Below, piece by piece: positions 48,978 to 64,000 of a stretch of 64,000 nucleotides of DNA. The stretch is from the human T2T-CHM13v2.0 reference genome, Homo sapiens, in NCBI RefSeq assembly GCF_009914755.1, contig NC_060926.1. One strand, written 5' to 3'. The notes under the pieces were generated by a model. It did not search any database and had not been told where the DNA came from. It saw only the letters and a list, made by a program, of their open reading frames with translations. How positions within the stretch are numbered: position 1 is the first letter of the stretch; each line of letters begins with the position of its first letter. The position numbers and the translations under genes are program-made.

Positions 48978-49218
48978 CGAGGCAGCTCACAAACGCTTTG
49001 AACTCGATGAGCTGGTCCATGTTGTCATCCAAGAGCCTGAACGTCCTTTCGGCGAGGATCTCCGTGTGGGCCCCGCAGGTCCAGGGCGAGACTAGCTGAA
49101 ACAGGTGTGCAAACTGCCGGGCATCTATGCGGTACTGCTCAGCATAGGGCCGGCTGGGGTCGTGGCGTGAGGCCATGGGCCTGGGCTGCTCCCAGTAACA
49201 GCTCATCATATGTTCTCT
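48978..49218 (-). CDS. TBC1D8: TBC1D8 exon 16 including EF-hand-like DDNMDQLIEFKAF
   Basis: ttgaag|AGA, G|gtatgc; 241 nt. Confidence 0.94.
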
Positions 49219-49557
49219 CTTCAAACAAGAGGGGGAAAGGGAGTTCTTACCACTTATTGAACAAGCCACGTTATTAACACAAACAAATACAATAATAAAT
49301 TACTCACAATCTCACCACTCTAACTGGATACGTAAAAGTGTTCCCTTGTTACCCTGACATCCTTACCCACATGAACATGTAATTTTCACGTTGGTTTTTT
49401 TATTAAGGTTTTTTTCTTTCTCATTGTGGTAAAATATACATAACGTAAAATGTACCAATGTAACTATTTTTAAATGTACAGTTCAGCTAACATAGTTTTC
49501 ATTATAGAAGACACACAATTTTTATTCTGATATTTTCACTTAAAATCCTACTTTTTT

Positions 49558-50203
<646 letters not shown>

Positions 50204-51019
50204 TAATAACCCTGGCTACCTGTGGGGAGGGCCCCAGAGGTGGAAGTGAGACTTTTTATTGCATATTTTTAATACTTTCTCAATTCTGAACCACATGAAT
50301 ACATTAACAATTTTTTTTAAGTTTTTTTTTTAAGGTGAGTTGAAGTCTTGGGAATAGACTGAAAACTAACAAAACCGGCCCCATCGCTGAGGACCAGGTG
50401 AGCCTCTTCAGAATGCATCATTTCCACCCATACTAAATGACTACATCATCTCTTTGGACATCCCAATTCACAAAAGTCTGAAGTAGTTCCCAGTAACTGC
50501 AGGGTTCTTGACCATTTCAATGTCCTCTGTCCACAGGATGGGACAAAAACAAGGGCAGATGCTGTAGTCTGCAAGCTCATATCCTCAAAGAGACCAAAAT
50601 GCCATTTATAATTTTACTGTCATATTCACTGCAGCCATGTTATTTAAATAGTCATTACAGAATCATGAAAATAACCACAAGAACTTTTAAGTGTGAAATA
50701 AAGGTCTCATAAATTTCTGTTCCTTAAAACCCAAGGTACACCATGAATTTCTATGTATATTCATGTAGACTGTCACATCAACATCCCATAAAATGCAGAA
50801 GAAAATGGTTGTAATGCATATGCCAAGGACAAATATTAGTTTACATAGAATGCCACAGGAAAACAAACCACTATAAAAATAGGCAAAGGATATGAACAGG
50901 TGATTCAAAAGAGTAGAGAACTAGCCAATAAACATGAACTGGCACTCAACCTCATTAATGAGAAAACAAGTTTAAATTAAAATGAAATGCAATTTTCCAC
51001 TGGACTAGCAAAATTTTAA

Positions 51020-51410
<391 letters not shown>

Positions 51411-51909
51411 TAATTTGAAAAAATTAAAAAAGCTTTAGCAGTATTGACTAAAGTTGAATATATACGTCACCCATGACCCAACAGTTCCACCTCAAGGAAC
51501 CCATTCTACAGAATCAGCAGCACTGGGGTCCAGGAAATGCACAGGTGCTCAGTGTCAAGCAGCAACGACCGGAAGCAACACAAATGTCACTCAAGAGATG
51601 AATAATTAAATATATCAGAGTTCGGCCCTACAAGGAAACTGCAATCACTAAAAAAGTATGAGAAAAGATCTATAGATTCTCATCTAGAACAAAGTTCATC
51701 ATACATGGTCAACTGAAACAAACAAACCTGCAGGTATTATATATACCATAATCTCACTTCTATGTGGGAAAGAAAAGTAAGTGTGTGTGTATGTATTGTA
51801 GGCATGTGTGTATTTATAGATAGATACAAGAGGGAAAATTCTGGAAAGATACGCACATTGTTAACCGTAATTATCTGTACAGGGAGGGTAATACGGGCAC
51901 AATAGGCCC

Positions 51910-52213
51910 TTTTTTTTTTTAATTTTTATTTATTTATTTTGAGACGGAGTTTCACTGTGTTGCCAGGGCTGGAGTGCAGTGGCTATGATCTTGGCTCATT
52001 GCAACCTCCATCTCCCAAGTTCAAACAATTCTCCCGCCTCAGCCACCCGCGTAGCTGGGATTACAGGAGTGCGTCACCACGCCCAGCTAATTTTTGTATT
52101 TTTAGTAGAGACAGGTTTTCACGATGTTGGCCAAGCTGGTCTTGAACTGCTGACCTCAAGTGATTCGGCCTCCCAAAGTGCTGGGATTACAGGCGTGAGC
52201 CACTGCACCCAGC
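51910..52213 (-). mobile_element. Alu
   Basis: Antisense dimer. Confidence 0.9.
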
Positions 52214-54079
52214 TACTTTCCTTTCTTGCTTAGAAGCTTTGTTTTTCTTTTTTCAATGGTAAGAGAAAAAAATGGTTTTTTCTTTTTTTAATGGTAAGGT
52301 ATAATTTTATTTAGCTTTGTGTCTTTCAATTAAACTTTGAAAATAAGTCTTACGCAGAACATGAAAGGAAGCAAAATAACACTGAAGAGACCAAATGCTC
52401 TCTAGAGCACAATAACCCACCAACACTGGGTGAATTTCACTGCTTAGCAGTAGGAACGCGTTTGTGGAATACACAAGGCGCCGTTTCAGGCCCCAATGGC
52501 TCCAGGAGTAGCTTACGCACCAAGTCTGTATTTATACTGTTCACATCCTACTTGCAGAGATAAAGTAATGAAGCTGTTCTCAATTTGACAGAAAAGGAGA
52601 TATCACAGACCTGAATTTATGTGATTTAAAGAATGGCTTTAAACTAACAATAAAAATAAATTTCCTCAAGTACCAACCAACACTGTTGGTCCTTCATAGG
52701 AAGGATAAAAACAGGAAACAAACATGGTTGGCTTTGAAGGCCTTTTTTAATCTTTCCTATGAAACATGAACGATGTGGCTGGTACTTAACAAAATTTGTT
52801 TTTATTGTGAATTTAAAGCCATCCTTTAAATTACATAAATTCCGACATGCGATAGTTCCTATTCTCTCAACCTGAGAACAATTAGCCCTAAATAAATCAA
52901 AGTCTTTTTAAGGTAAAAAACACAAGCCAAAACTCACATAATTTGTTTGCCTACTTTTATGTTCCTGGTATTCCCTGTTTTCCTTCCTTGAAAGCCAAAA
53001 TGAGGCGGGGGTTGGGATACCAAGTAACCTTTGACTTCATAGTTTGCCTTCGCACAACAAAGGAAACAATAAAACTTGCAAACATGATGTGTACGGGAGA
53101 AAGCGGCCTGCTAGTTCTCACCATACATCCTGCTCATTAGGAATGAGGAGTGAGGAACCTACTAACTAACCCAACAACCCTGCAGTCACTGACTGCGGGG
53201 AAAGGCCTGCTCCATGGCTTCCAAAGCCCTGGACTCTGCTGACTATCACTTCAATCGTGCTGGGAACCTGGGCTCAGGAGGGAAAGGGGCTTGGAGCCCC
53301 CACCAAGACGAGCTGGGGCAGCCACACCCCCTTCCCTGCCAGGCTTGCTTTCTGCAACTGCGCTTCCTCCCCGTCTCTGCCAGGGTAGCAGGAGTCCACA
53401 ACGTGCCTGCCTCTGTTCCTAATTTCCATTTACTGTTTTGAGCAAGAAAACTCTAGTAATGTGCCTGAAGATGTTCTTTGCAGGATGATTCCAGGTAAAT
53501 ATCCAAATATTAAAAATCTCATTAACTATATTAAGTTTTAGCTATATGACAGATCACAGAGTTATTAAAAATGATTAAGACTATACGGCAACATGGAAGA
53601 ATGTTAAGGAAAAATAGAATATGAACTTGAATGCATATCTGCCACACAAATAGGAAAATATGCATGCATGTACTGTGGTGTGGGATCACAAGTAATTAAA
53701 AAGTATTATCAGGTGATGATTTCAAAAAGGGTCACCGCAGGACCCAGAGCCCGCACTCACTAGAGCAGCGGTGAGCAGAGTAGATCACAGCACCGAAGCC
53801 CTCCCAGCAGAGTGCAGCAGCTTCAGCGCGAGGCCAGGCCTGCTGGGCTGCCCAAAGAGCACCCCAGCTCCCTCCTCCCATGTTCTAGGGTGGAGGGTGG
53901 GGAGAGAGGTTTCTGGGTAGAAGCAGGTAGGCAGGCTAAGACAGCTTCAAGGGGGGCAGCTCCGGCCTCTGCTCCACGGAGCCCTGCAGGCAGCTGCATG
54001 CTGTCCCCTGGGCAGGCTGGGCACCGCGGCTCAGGCCAGCTCAGGGCCTGGAACCCCTCATCTTCCCAGAGCTGCGTAC

Positions 54080-54148
54080 CTTGAATAAGTCGTAGAGCTC
54101 CTCTAGGTCTTCAGGAAGAATTGAGACTTCCGGGATAACGACTCGAAG
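54080..54148 (-). CDS. TBC1D8: TBC1D8 exon 15, LRVVIPEVSILPEDLEELYDLFK
   Basis: ctcaag|CTT, AAG|gtacgc; 69 nt. Confidence 0.93.
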
Positions 54149-54744
54149 CTTGAGGAAAGAATAAACAGCAATGGCGTGAAATCTAGGCCTGCACCCCCAG
54201 GGGTCAGGGCAAGAGGGGACTCTTCCTCCTGAAGGGGACACAAGGAGCCCATGCACCAGCTTCTCTCCCACAAAGGCTCTTTTCTGACATAAAGATCACT
54301 TCCAGGTATCTTTCCCAGGTGTTTCATCCTTAGCCTCTTTCCAGTTCACACATCAGTGCCTAAGGACAAACCTACCGAGCTCTAATGGAAGCCAGGAAGC
54401 TAGCAGAGAAACAGCATGAGCAGGAGGAGCCTTCTGAGCGCCAGCTAATGCCCCTGCGGGCCCCCTGTGCTAGGCATTATAGACCCCAACCTCATTTAAC
54501 TGCGCAGCAGGCACTGTTATCCCCATTTTACACGGGGGAAACAGGCTCACAGTGTTGAGTACACTCACCACCTGGCTCCAAAGCTCACATTGTTTCTACA
54601 CTACTTCACCCTTAAGTTGTTAATGTAATCCAAAATATATATATACATTTTTCAAAGCTGGCATTCTTATGACCAAAAAGGATGCGCACTCCCAGGTTGG
54701 CTCCCCAATACCGTGATCACCGGGGTGAGGCGTCTGCTACCCAC

Positions 54745-54843
54745 CACGTTCTGCTTTGTGGTGTCCTCGTGGCCTTGGAGGACCCTGATCCTGTGCTTGT
54801 AACGTAGGTGCTCGATCTGCTCCACAGACTGGTCTCCAAATTT
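54745..54843 (-). CDS. TBC1D8: TBC1D8 exon 14, KFGDQSVEQIEHLRYKHRIRVLQGHEDTTKQNV
   Basis: ctgcag|AAA, GTG|gtgggt; 99 nt. Confidence 0.93.
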
Positions 54844-54999
54844 CTGCAGGGAAAAAAGGGACCACTTGCTCAGTCCCCTGCTCATCCAAAGTGTGGAAAC
54901 AGGAAGTGGCCCAGGAACCTCCTTCCACATCCATCCCCCAGTCACAATTCCCGGGGGGTTAGGGGCTGCAACGGGGCATGGGGCGGGGGTTCCCGTTAC

Positions 55000-55129
55000 C
55001 TCATAGGAATCCCGGATCAGGTCCGAAATATCAGTCACAGGGTAGGGCTCCTGGTCGTCGGAGAAAAAGGCATGGTGGCTGCCAACTGGGGGCCCTGGGC
55101 TGTCCTCATTCTTAATGTGATCTAGAAAC
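55000..55129 (-). CDS. TBC1D8: TBC1D8 exon 13, FLDHIKNEDSPG...DLIRDSYE
   Basis: gttcag|G, GAG|gtaacg; 130 nt. Confidence 0.93.
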
Positions 55130-55805
55130 CTGAACACACCGCCCCGTCAACGCCCAAGTCCATCCTCATTCGGGTACCACAACACGGGCTGCCTTCACAG
55201 TGTCAGACATGCCAGGGCACTTCCAAACACCAACACCTGGGAGGAGGGCAAGGCTGCAGCTGCTCGGCTTATTTTAGAGAAGCGAGAGGCAGTCATGAAG
55301 CCCGGCTTGTGGATTGGGCTCCACAGGTGGCTTTCCAGGCCTGAAACTCTCCAGTGAAGTAAGCCCAACATTCTGCGCATACATGCAAGGTTAAGCTTCC
55401 ATCATGCTCTGAAAGAGAACCCCCTCTTTCAATGTCATCTGACTTGCCCTCAGCTCCTAGAAAGCCCAGCTCTGGCGCTCAACCTAGTGGGCCTTTTCCC
55501 TCACTGCTGCTCACTAGCCTTATGCAGAAAATGTCTGCAACCTCTAGCTGGCTGCCTGATGCCCATGATGCCTGGTGTCCCCCGAGCCCTGTTCAAGGCC
55601 ACTGTGAGTCCATCTAAATGCAAGACATTTAATCTTCTTAAAGAAAAGCATCTATGGCCCTGCTCTTCCTGGAGTTTCTCACTGTGGAAAGGAGTGAGGG
55701 ACAATGGCACCCTTCACCCCATGCCTGGGACAGTGCCACATGGCAAACTGGCTTGGGAGGCCACAGAATGTCAAGAGGCTGAGACGAACAGAAAACTTCC
55801 ACAGG

Positions 55806-56106
55806 GGCCAGGCAGTGGCTCACACTTGTAATCCCAGCACTCTGGGAGGCCGAGGAGGGTGGATCACTTGAGGCCAGGAGTTCGAGACCAACCTAGCCAA
55901 CATGGTGAAACCCTGTCTCTACTAAAAATACAAAAATTAGCCGAGCATGGTGGTGGGTTCCTGTAGTCCCAGCTACTCGGGAGACTGAGGCAGGAGAATC
56001 ATTTGAAGCTGGGAGGCGGAGGTTGTAGTGAGCAGATTGTGGGGTGCCACTGCACTCCAGCCTGGGCAACAGAGTGAGACTCTGTCTCAATAAAAAAAAA
56101 AAAAAA
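55806..56106 (+). mobile_element. Alu; TSD-like AAAACTTCC
   Basis: Sense dimer ending ~80 nt from the TBC1D8 exon 12 donor. Confidence 0.92.
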
Positions 56107-56187
56107 CTTCCCCACCGATAGCCCTGCTGGGCACGTGCTGCTGCCTCCTCCATCTCTGGTTGGCCACAGAGGTGCAGCGGGGCCCAC

Positions 56188-56473
56188 CTGCTGAGGATCA
56201 TCAAGGCCTGGCCATCATCCTTGCTGCTGCACAGGTCCTCAGCATTGGCCTCAAGCACAGCCAGTCCCAGCTGGAAGATGGCTTTGATGCCATCATAGAA
56301 GAAGCAGTCTACCACATTCACCGCACTCTCTAGAGGCATGATGCTGAGGAACAGGGTCAGGAACCACGAGAGAGAGACGGACGCCAGGGCTGAGAGGTCG
56401 TTCATGTGCTCTGCCAGCTCTGGGAGATGACCCTTGATGAGCTCCTCGAAGACAGACTGGTCAACTTGTGCCC
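56188..56473 (-). CDS. TBC1D8: TBC1D8 exon 12, C-terminal part of the TBC/Rab-GAP domain ([13 protein letters not shown]...WFLTLF...[16 protein letters not shown])
   Basis: ttccag|GG, AG|gtgggc; 286 nt; TBC motifs. Confidence 0.95.
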
Positions 56474-56629
56474 CTGGAAAAGAAAGGGCACAGGGCTCTG
56501 GCTGGGGTAGGACTCACTCTCTAAGGTCAGTCTGAAATTAAAATCACTCTGAGGTAACCAGAACAAAGAGATGGAATTTGAGTCCAGAAAAGCGTCCATG
56601 CTTAGTTCATTGATTCTGACTTTTAGACC

Positions 56630-57720
56630 AAGGTAATTCAATGGGTAAAAGATAGCCTTTTTAAAAAAAATACTGCTTGATCAGCTGGAAAGTGGCATGG
56701 GGGAAATAAAAAAGGAACACTAGCCCCTACCTCACACCATACAGAAAAAATATATCTGAAATAGACCATAGACCTACATATAAAAGTTAATACTGTAAAA
56801 TTTTTAGAAGAGATTTAAGAAAAATACAACATTTCTTATGACATAAAAAGTACTAACCATAGAAAAAATTGTAAACTGGACTTCATCAAAATTAAAACTG
56901 CTGTTCTCTAAAAGACACCATTAATAAAATGAAAATGCAAGCTTCAAACTTGGAGAAAATATTTGCAATCCATATGCCTGACAGAGGTCTTATATTCAAA
57001 AGAAAGAACTCTTGCAACTTAGTAAGAAGGTAACAACCAACCTTTTTTAAAGAGGCTAAAGATTTAAACACTCAGAAGAGCCAATAAACAAATGGTCAGG
57101 AAGCAAAGAGACATCATTAATCATCAGAGAAATGCAAATTAAAACCACCATAATTATACCACTTCTTACCCACTAGATGCCTAAAATTAAAAAGATGAAC
57201 ATTACCAAGTTTTAGCAAGGATGTGGAGCAAGCTGAATTCTCCTACAATGCTGGTATGAGACAAATGAACATGTTACATCCACTCTGGAACACTGTGAGT
57301 TTCTTATTAAGTCATACATCTAACCTATGACCCCACAATTCTCCTAGGTAAATACCCAAGAAAAATGACAGTATATATTCATAAAAAGACTTATATGACT
57401 GCTCATTGCTACTTTATCATATTCCAAGACTGGAAACAACTCAAATGCGCATCAGCAGGTGACTGGACAAGCACACCAGTGAAATCCTACTCAGCAACAA
57501 AGAGGAGCAAGCTCTACAAATGCACCAACAATGTGGCTGCCTCTTACAGATGCTCTGCTGTGTGACGGAAGCCAGACACAAAAGACCCTGTCCTCCATGA
57601 TTACATTTATACAAGGTTCAAGAGTAGGCCAAATTAACCCATGGTGATAGAACTCAGTACCAGGTGTTGCCCATGGCAGGAAGGGGGCAGAAGAGAACTT
57701 GCTGGGGTGATGCATGTGTT
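56630..57720 (+). mobile_element. Old L1M fragment (ORF2 3' part and UTR)
   Basis: AAACTGGACTTCATCAAAATTAAAA, GAGAAAATATTTGCAA and AGAGAAATGCAAATTAAAACCAC motifs. Confidence 0.8.
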
Positions 57721-58881
57721 CCAATGGTCCCCTCCTGTCTTGGGGCAGTGTCCACACAGGCACGGGCACTCTCACAGAAGGTCTAGCTGGCACTGTTGCA
57801 TATGAGCTGTCACATAGCAACAATCATCAACAGTGGCTTTGACAGCATGTCCCTCAATGACGCCGAGCTTTTAATTACTCCTTGCTACTCTGTTCCTTAC
57901 ACCACTTCCCACAACACAAAGTAAAAAGGGAAGCAAGCCAGCTAGCCACTCAGGCACACGAAGGAGCCGGTGTGCACGGCTGAAGGCTCAGGAAAGGGTA
58001 CACCTGGGCCAGAAGGCACAGAGCCATCACTGCCTTCCCAGCTGACCACACCACCCACCTGCCCCTCCTTATTCCTAGAGGCCACCCTTCAGTCCTTAGG
58101 ACACAGTCTTCAAGGGCGCCTTCTTCCCGCCTTGCTCCTATATCCACTCGGTTGCTAAATTCTGTCTGAAGTTGGTTCTGTTCCCAGGGCTGCCACCTTA
58201 ATTTTAGGCCAGCTCCATCTCTCATCTGAATTACTAAGAAGAGTTCTTAAGAGCATCACCAGCCCAGAACCATTTTTGTATTGTTTACTAGGAGGTTGCT
58301 GGACTACAGAGACAGCACACATTTAAATCTCAACCACATGAAAGTCAGGTACCCAGTGCAGGAGCGTTGCAAGGCCACAAGTTACCCAGAGTCCAGATAG
58401 CAGCCAACGAGCTTTCTTAAGATGTCCTTATGGAAGTGGAGGACTTTTCCAAGTCTGCCCTTTAACTGACCACATGGGCCTTGAGGGTCTCTAATTCCAT
58501 CCCACCTACCTCCTCTCTCTAGGGCAACCGAGGGCCTCCTGTCTGAACAAGCTCCCTGAGCTACCGAGAGGCATCCCCCCAGGCCCCCACCCTCCCTTTC
58601 CAGGCCATGGCATCCATGTAAAACCACCCTGGTTTTCACTTTCTGACTTGTTTCTTGGGCCTTGGATCTTTCTTCCCTTCTTGTAAGTTCAGCTATCCAT
58701 CTAAAATTATGTGTTTGTTTTAATCCCGACTCTGTAGGTCTTTATAGCAGGAATGTGTTTGAGTTTCTTTATTCCACTACATTGTCAGAACTGTGCAGAG
58801 AATGTCCCGAGTTAGTTTTGCAAATTCAGGAGTCAAACTGTGTTTGCAAACAGACTAGCTGAGTGGCACTGAGAGATTTTA

Positions 58882-59106
<225 letters not shown>

Positions 59107-59751
59107 TTACTGACTGGCCCATGTGATGCCACAGAGATGTTACAAGCATCCAAGCCCAAACAACCCACAAAAGTAAAGATTTCATAGGTGAGAGATCCAG
59201 CATACACCAACCACACTGACACTGTACAGTGGAATGACCGTGACAGCAACACAGTCCTCACAGGACACGCCCAGCTGAGCGATCGGCCACCACTCAGCTC
59301 CGGTCCCCATCTAGCAATGTGGAATTTAGCTGTGGTGCAAGTCTTAAGGTTGGTTTAAATCCAGCTATTCGCTGTTTGTTCAAGCAGACACACACATGCA
59401 CACACGTGCACACACAAACTTAATTCGCTCACTGACTTTGCTTATTCACAGGAAACAAAGTTTGAAATCTTAAATTTTTAAATGTCAGGAGCTTCATTAA
59501 TCCCGGCTTGTGCTGGGTTTGGCTGCTGCTTTAATGGACTAATTTTCCTTTTGTGCCTGCTGACCACACCCTCAGCTCGGGAAAGCTCAGCAGACATCTC
59601 ACCTCCACTCATGTGTCCTAAAGGAAGGGGATTGGCCCTGATCATCATCTTCCTCCCCAAACAGCACTGCCATTTTAAATCCTGTAATTTCTGTAGAGGT
59701 CTAGAAATTCTATTAATGCCCTCCTACGTCTGAGCTCAAGAGGGGTGTTGA

Positions 59752-60053
<302 letters not shown>

Positions 60054-60240
60054 TTGATTATAAGATGAGTAGTCCCTTTGGCCCTCATTTGATACTTTCT
60101 TTCCGGAAAGGGACCGAGTACAGCGCCTTCACACGACAACACTCAGGACCAGATGACTGGGAATGCAAATGAAACCCTGGGAAGGACAACATGAGACACC
60201 AACTAAAGACTCTCTGCGCCCCAGAGCACACCCCTTTCAC

Positions 60241-60455
60241 CTGGCAGTATCCAATCTTGGGGTTCCGGTGGGCATAGGCCGTCAAGACTCTCCTCAAAGC
60301 AGCAATTCCCGTTTCGTTCTGGAAGGCGGGGTGCTCTGGCAGGGAGCGGTGCAGGTCTCGTTCTATCTCCTCGGTTACCAGGCAGCATTTCCCCAGGGAC
60401 TCCTCCACCAGATTCCCGTAGTAACCAGGGTGTGAGGCAAGATCCGTCACCGCAT
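60241..60455 (-). CDS. TBC1D8: TBC1D8 exon 10, with the catalytic IERDLHR (Arg finger) and GYCQ (Gln finger) motifs
   Basis: actcag|AT, CAG|gtgaaa; 215 nt. Confidence 0.96.
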
Positions 60456-60578
60456 CTGAGTTTTAAAAGCAATGTTTCAAGGGGGAATGATTACTAGGAT
60501 GGTGTCATGATGAAGAAGATGCTGGTCCCATCAGGGGACCCCAGTGGGGTCTCGTTACTTACTGAGGGACAAAATATT

Positions 60579-60850
60579 GGCCGGGTGCGGTGGCTCACGC
60601 CTGTAATCCCAGCATTTTGGGAGGCCGAGGCGGGTGGATCACTTGAGGTCAGGAGTTCGAGACCAGCCTGGCCAAAATGGTGAAACCCTGTCTCTACTAA
60701 AAATACAAAAATTAGCCAGGCATGGTGGTGGGTGCCTGTAAACCTAGCTACTCAGGAGGCTGAGGCACAAGAATCCCTTGAGCCCAGGAGGCAGAGGTTG
60801 CAGTGAGCTGAGATCACACCACTGCACTCCAGCCTGGGCGACAGAGTAAG
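60579..60850 (+). mobile_element. Alu
   Basis: Sense dimer, degenerate tail. Confidence 0.9.
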
Positions 60851-62714
60851 GACTTCATTTCTGCCATGTAGCCTAGTCAAAAAAACAGAAATAAAAGAAA
60901 TAGTATGGCTTTTCTAAGAATAACCTTATAGAGCGAAGGGGAGAAAACTCATAATAGAAATAACTGTATTAATATGCTTTTAACACACTGTATTCCCTAG
61001 TAGCAGCAGTGTGCAAGCATGCACATACACACACGCAAATTTCATGCATTAATTCAACAAGAAATGACACCAAGCACTGATGCGTGAGGCACATCAAGGG
61101 GGCGCAGCTATGACAAAGCGAAGGGGCCAGCAGCACGGCGCCCACATGCAACTCTGAAGTCAGGTCTGAGATGCACAAACTGCAGCAGAAGTGCCCAGCC
61201 CAGAAAACTCCTGTGCCAGCCACCCACAGCCAGAGCTACAGCCCAGGCCTCAGCGGGCGGGCAAGATGAAGGGATGAATGCGTCCCTTATGAAAAGTGTG
61301 TGCAAGTGTGTGCACGTGTGTCTGTGCAGGCATGTGTGTGTGCACGTGTGTGTGCATATGCGTTAGAGAGACCTAGAGGAATGCAGACCTTGGGCAGTGA
61401 CACGCCTCACAATCAGGTGGTGGGATTCTGAGGAAGGTCACTGTCTTTGCTCACTCCTCCATGCCTTTATTTTTCAACTATGAATGTATGTTGTCATTTT
61501 TATATACAAAAATACAGAAGACTTTTTCACTTTTAAAAGGAGGTGTTTCAACACTGCGCCTCTGGAAGTTAGCTGCAGAAGCCAGGAGGCAGGAAGGAGA
61601 TGAGGGGCGCAGTGGTGCAGGCAGCATCAGTGACCACTGACCACACCCAACACAGTGAGTGTGCCAGGAAGCATGAAGGCTGTGTCTGGGCATCTCGGGC
61701 AGGAGGTTGGGGGCTGGGGGGGAGACAGGGAAGAGGAAAGTGAGGGACAAAGTTGGGGGATAGACAAGGAACCAGAAAGAGGCTGATAGTGAAGTAGGAC
61801 AAGAGATGCTTCCAGTCCCAGGAAGAGTAACGGAGCAGGGCACAGGTACCCAGCCCAGCCTCCAGGCGCCTCCCTGCTGACAAAAGCGCCATGGGGTCAT
61901 CTGGGGAAGGGACCCTCTCACCTGGCCTCCCACAGCACCCTGAGGAGCAGCAAAGGCACACTCCAATGGCAGGGCCTTCCCTTCCTACCCTCGGGCCCAA
62001 GCTCCTTTGCTCCAAGGAGCAAGTCGCTCACAGTTGATATGGAGGGACAGACAAATGCCTACCCAGTATGTCCCTGGGGAAGTTTGGTCCCAGGCTCAGC
62101 CCATCCATCATTAAATGTCCTGATGAGGGTTCCCAGGCGTTCCCCAATGGGTGCAGTGAGAGGCCCCGGGGCTCTGAAGCTAAAAGAGGCCATCCCTGAA
62201 TGGGTCCAGCAGAAAAGAGGAAACGGAACAGAAAAGAAATCTGCACTTTTGCCTCTGGTGCCCGCCATGTGTCTTCACTGGAGGAGGGACTCATGGCAGC
62301 CACACTCTGAGGGATGTGTTTCAGCAGCCCAGCCAGTTGACAATGGATGAGGATGTTCTGTTTCATCTACTTCAGAGCTCACACACTATAGACACTTCAC
62401 TTCCAGGGGGTTCTGAATAGAATTCTCAGCACTATGTAGAGCCTCGTGAAGGCATTTTTAAAAGAGTGGCCGTCACTGTGCCCAGACCTCGCATTTACCC
62501 AGTTGGACGCCACAGCCCAGAGGCCCAGGCAGCCTGACCCAGGTCCCACAGCTGACACAACAGGGAGTGGAAGTCCTCAGCTGGGAAATCACAGGAATGA
62601 CTCAAAGACAGAACCATTTCATCTGCACATAAACACACGCGCTGCTCGGGTCCGGGCTGTTCCTGTGTCCATGACAAAAAGAACAATTAGCTTCGAGACA
62701 CCAAGAGCGCTTAC

Positions 62715-62865
62715 CTGAGAAGAGAAGCCAGAGTCTCCCTCGCAAAGATTCAGGGATGCCCATGGCTACGAGCTTCCGAATCTTCTCTGTGCGAAACATA
62801 CACACGGTTCTGCCGTATTCCACAAAGTGGTCATTCCACAGGCTTATTTTTATCTGTTCTCTGGA
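62715..62865 (-). CDS. TBC1D8: TBC1D8 exon 9, SREQIKISLWNDHFVEYGR...GIPESLRGRLWLLFS (start of TBC domain)
   Basis: ttccag|TCC, G|gtaagc; 151 nt; the gene continues upstream beyond the window. Confidence 0.95.
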
Positions 62866-64000
62866 CTGGAAATGGGAATATTCTTAATGTACAAAGAAGT
62901 CTGTCCTCACCACCCCCCACCCACCGATGCACCGCTGGCAATGGAGGAAGTACTGCCCCTGCTCTCCGAGGGGCCAACAGCAACGGGCAAGGACACCTGT
63001 ATTCAAGCCGCAAATATTTCTGAACCTTTACTGGGGGCACAGAGGATGCAAAGATGAATAACACAGGGTAAGGCCCTGCAGGAGCTCAGAGCCCAGTGGG
63101 AGCATTTATACAAATAAAATACGATTTCCTTAGCAAGGCTGATAACAAGGGTATGTGAATCCAAGTATTAAAGTAGCCCAAATCAGATGGGAGGGAGGGG
63201 TGGGTAAGGGGGACGCTGGGGGAAGCTTTCTCTGGATGTTGCATCTGCCAAAAAGACACTGGTCAGCTCAGAGGGCAAAGGGGAGTACAGGGGCATCACA
63301 ATTTCCCCTGAGCTTCCTGACAGCCAGAGGGAAAACTGAAACCTGAAAAAAACTGCATTGTTCTCATTAACAGAAATGAGAAAGATACCATTTCTCTAGG
63401 CAACTGAAAATACTTGAAATTACCCCTAGGTGGCAGGAATGTTTAGTGCCTTTTAAACTAGGTATTTACATTTGCTTTTAATTATCTGTATTCTCCAGTA
63501 ATGGCAGAAATAAATACATATATTTAACATTCTCATACATTTTGTCAACAAAAGTTAATTAAGGATCCGGGTGTAAAGCCTATGAGAAGGCTCAGTTTTG
63601 GATAAATAAAACCAACAATAGATTTTACAGGAGCCATTAAAGCGACCAAAAATAAGCTCGGGTTAACAGGTTCATGGCCACTGCCCAGTGCTCATGGTCC
63701 AGCGCAGCACCCTGCCTGCCATGGCCCCATTTCAAAGCACAACTTCCAGTATCTTTACCAGACTATACGTGACATTTCCCTCAAGTTCTCCCTACAAAGA
63801 GGAAATCTGTAAGTAAATATAGCAAAAATATTTCCAGTTTAGTAAAACTAGAAGACTGGTGACCTCTTCTCCCAGAAGACAAAAAAAAAGGAAAAAGGAA
63901 AGCTATAACGCGGGGCACACAGACAGCACTGGCTGGAAGGAGAGGAACCCATTCTGTGCCTGGAGACCCCCAAGGGGCAGCGCGGCCAGCTCCGCAGGCC

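Overview
Human (primate) genomic DNA, recognised from the encoded peptides as the NPAS2-RPL31-TBC1D8 locus (2q11.2). The + strand carries the last nine NPAS2 exons (1500-22279, 3' UTR to ~23525) and the complete RPL31 gene (TOP start ~28984, CDS 29399-33078, 125 aa). The - strand carries the last twelve TBC1D8 exons (62865 down to the stop at 34518), converging on RPL31. All exon boundaries were read by hand and join in frame; one TBC1D8 intron needs a GC donor. Exon numbers and repeat subfamily names are from memory. The window also has about 22 Alus, L1/LTR/DNA-transposon fragments and two tandem repeats. The richest area is TBC1D8 intron 17 (38238-48377). It holds a USP15 processed pseudogene, split by a Tigger3-type element that is itself split by an L1PA. 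Next to this lies a near full-length decayed hAT/Charlie (Buster-type) transposase, whose antisense strand supplies alternative last exons to RPL31. Other notable items are an almost spacer-less inverted Alu pair, a VNTR built of 16 tandem 3' splice-site mimics, and a GC/GT tandem donor that could act as an NMD switch. No prokaryotic-type system (CRISPR, rRNA, tRNA) is present, and most ORFs in the track are spurious.
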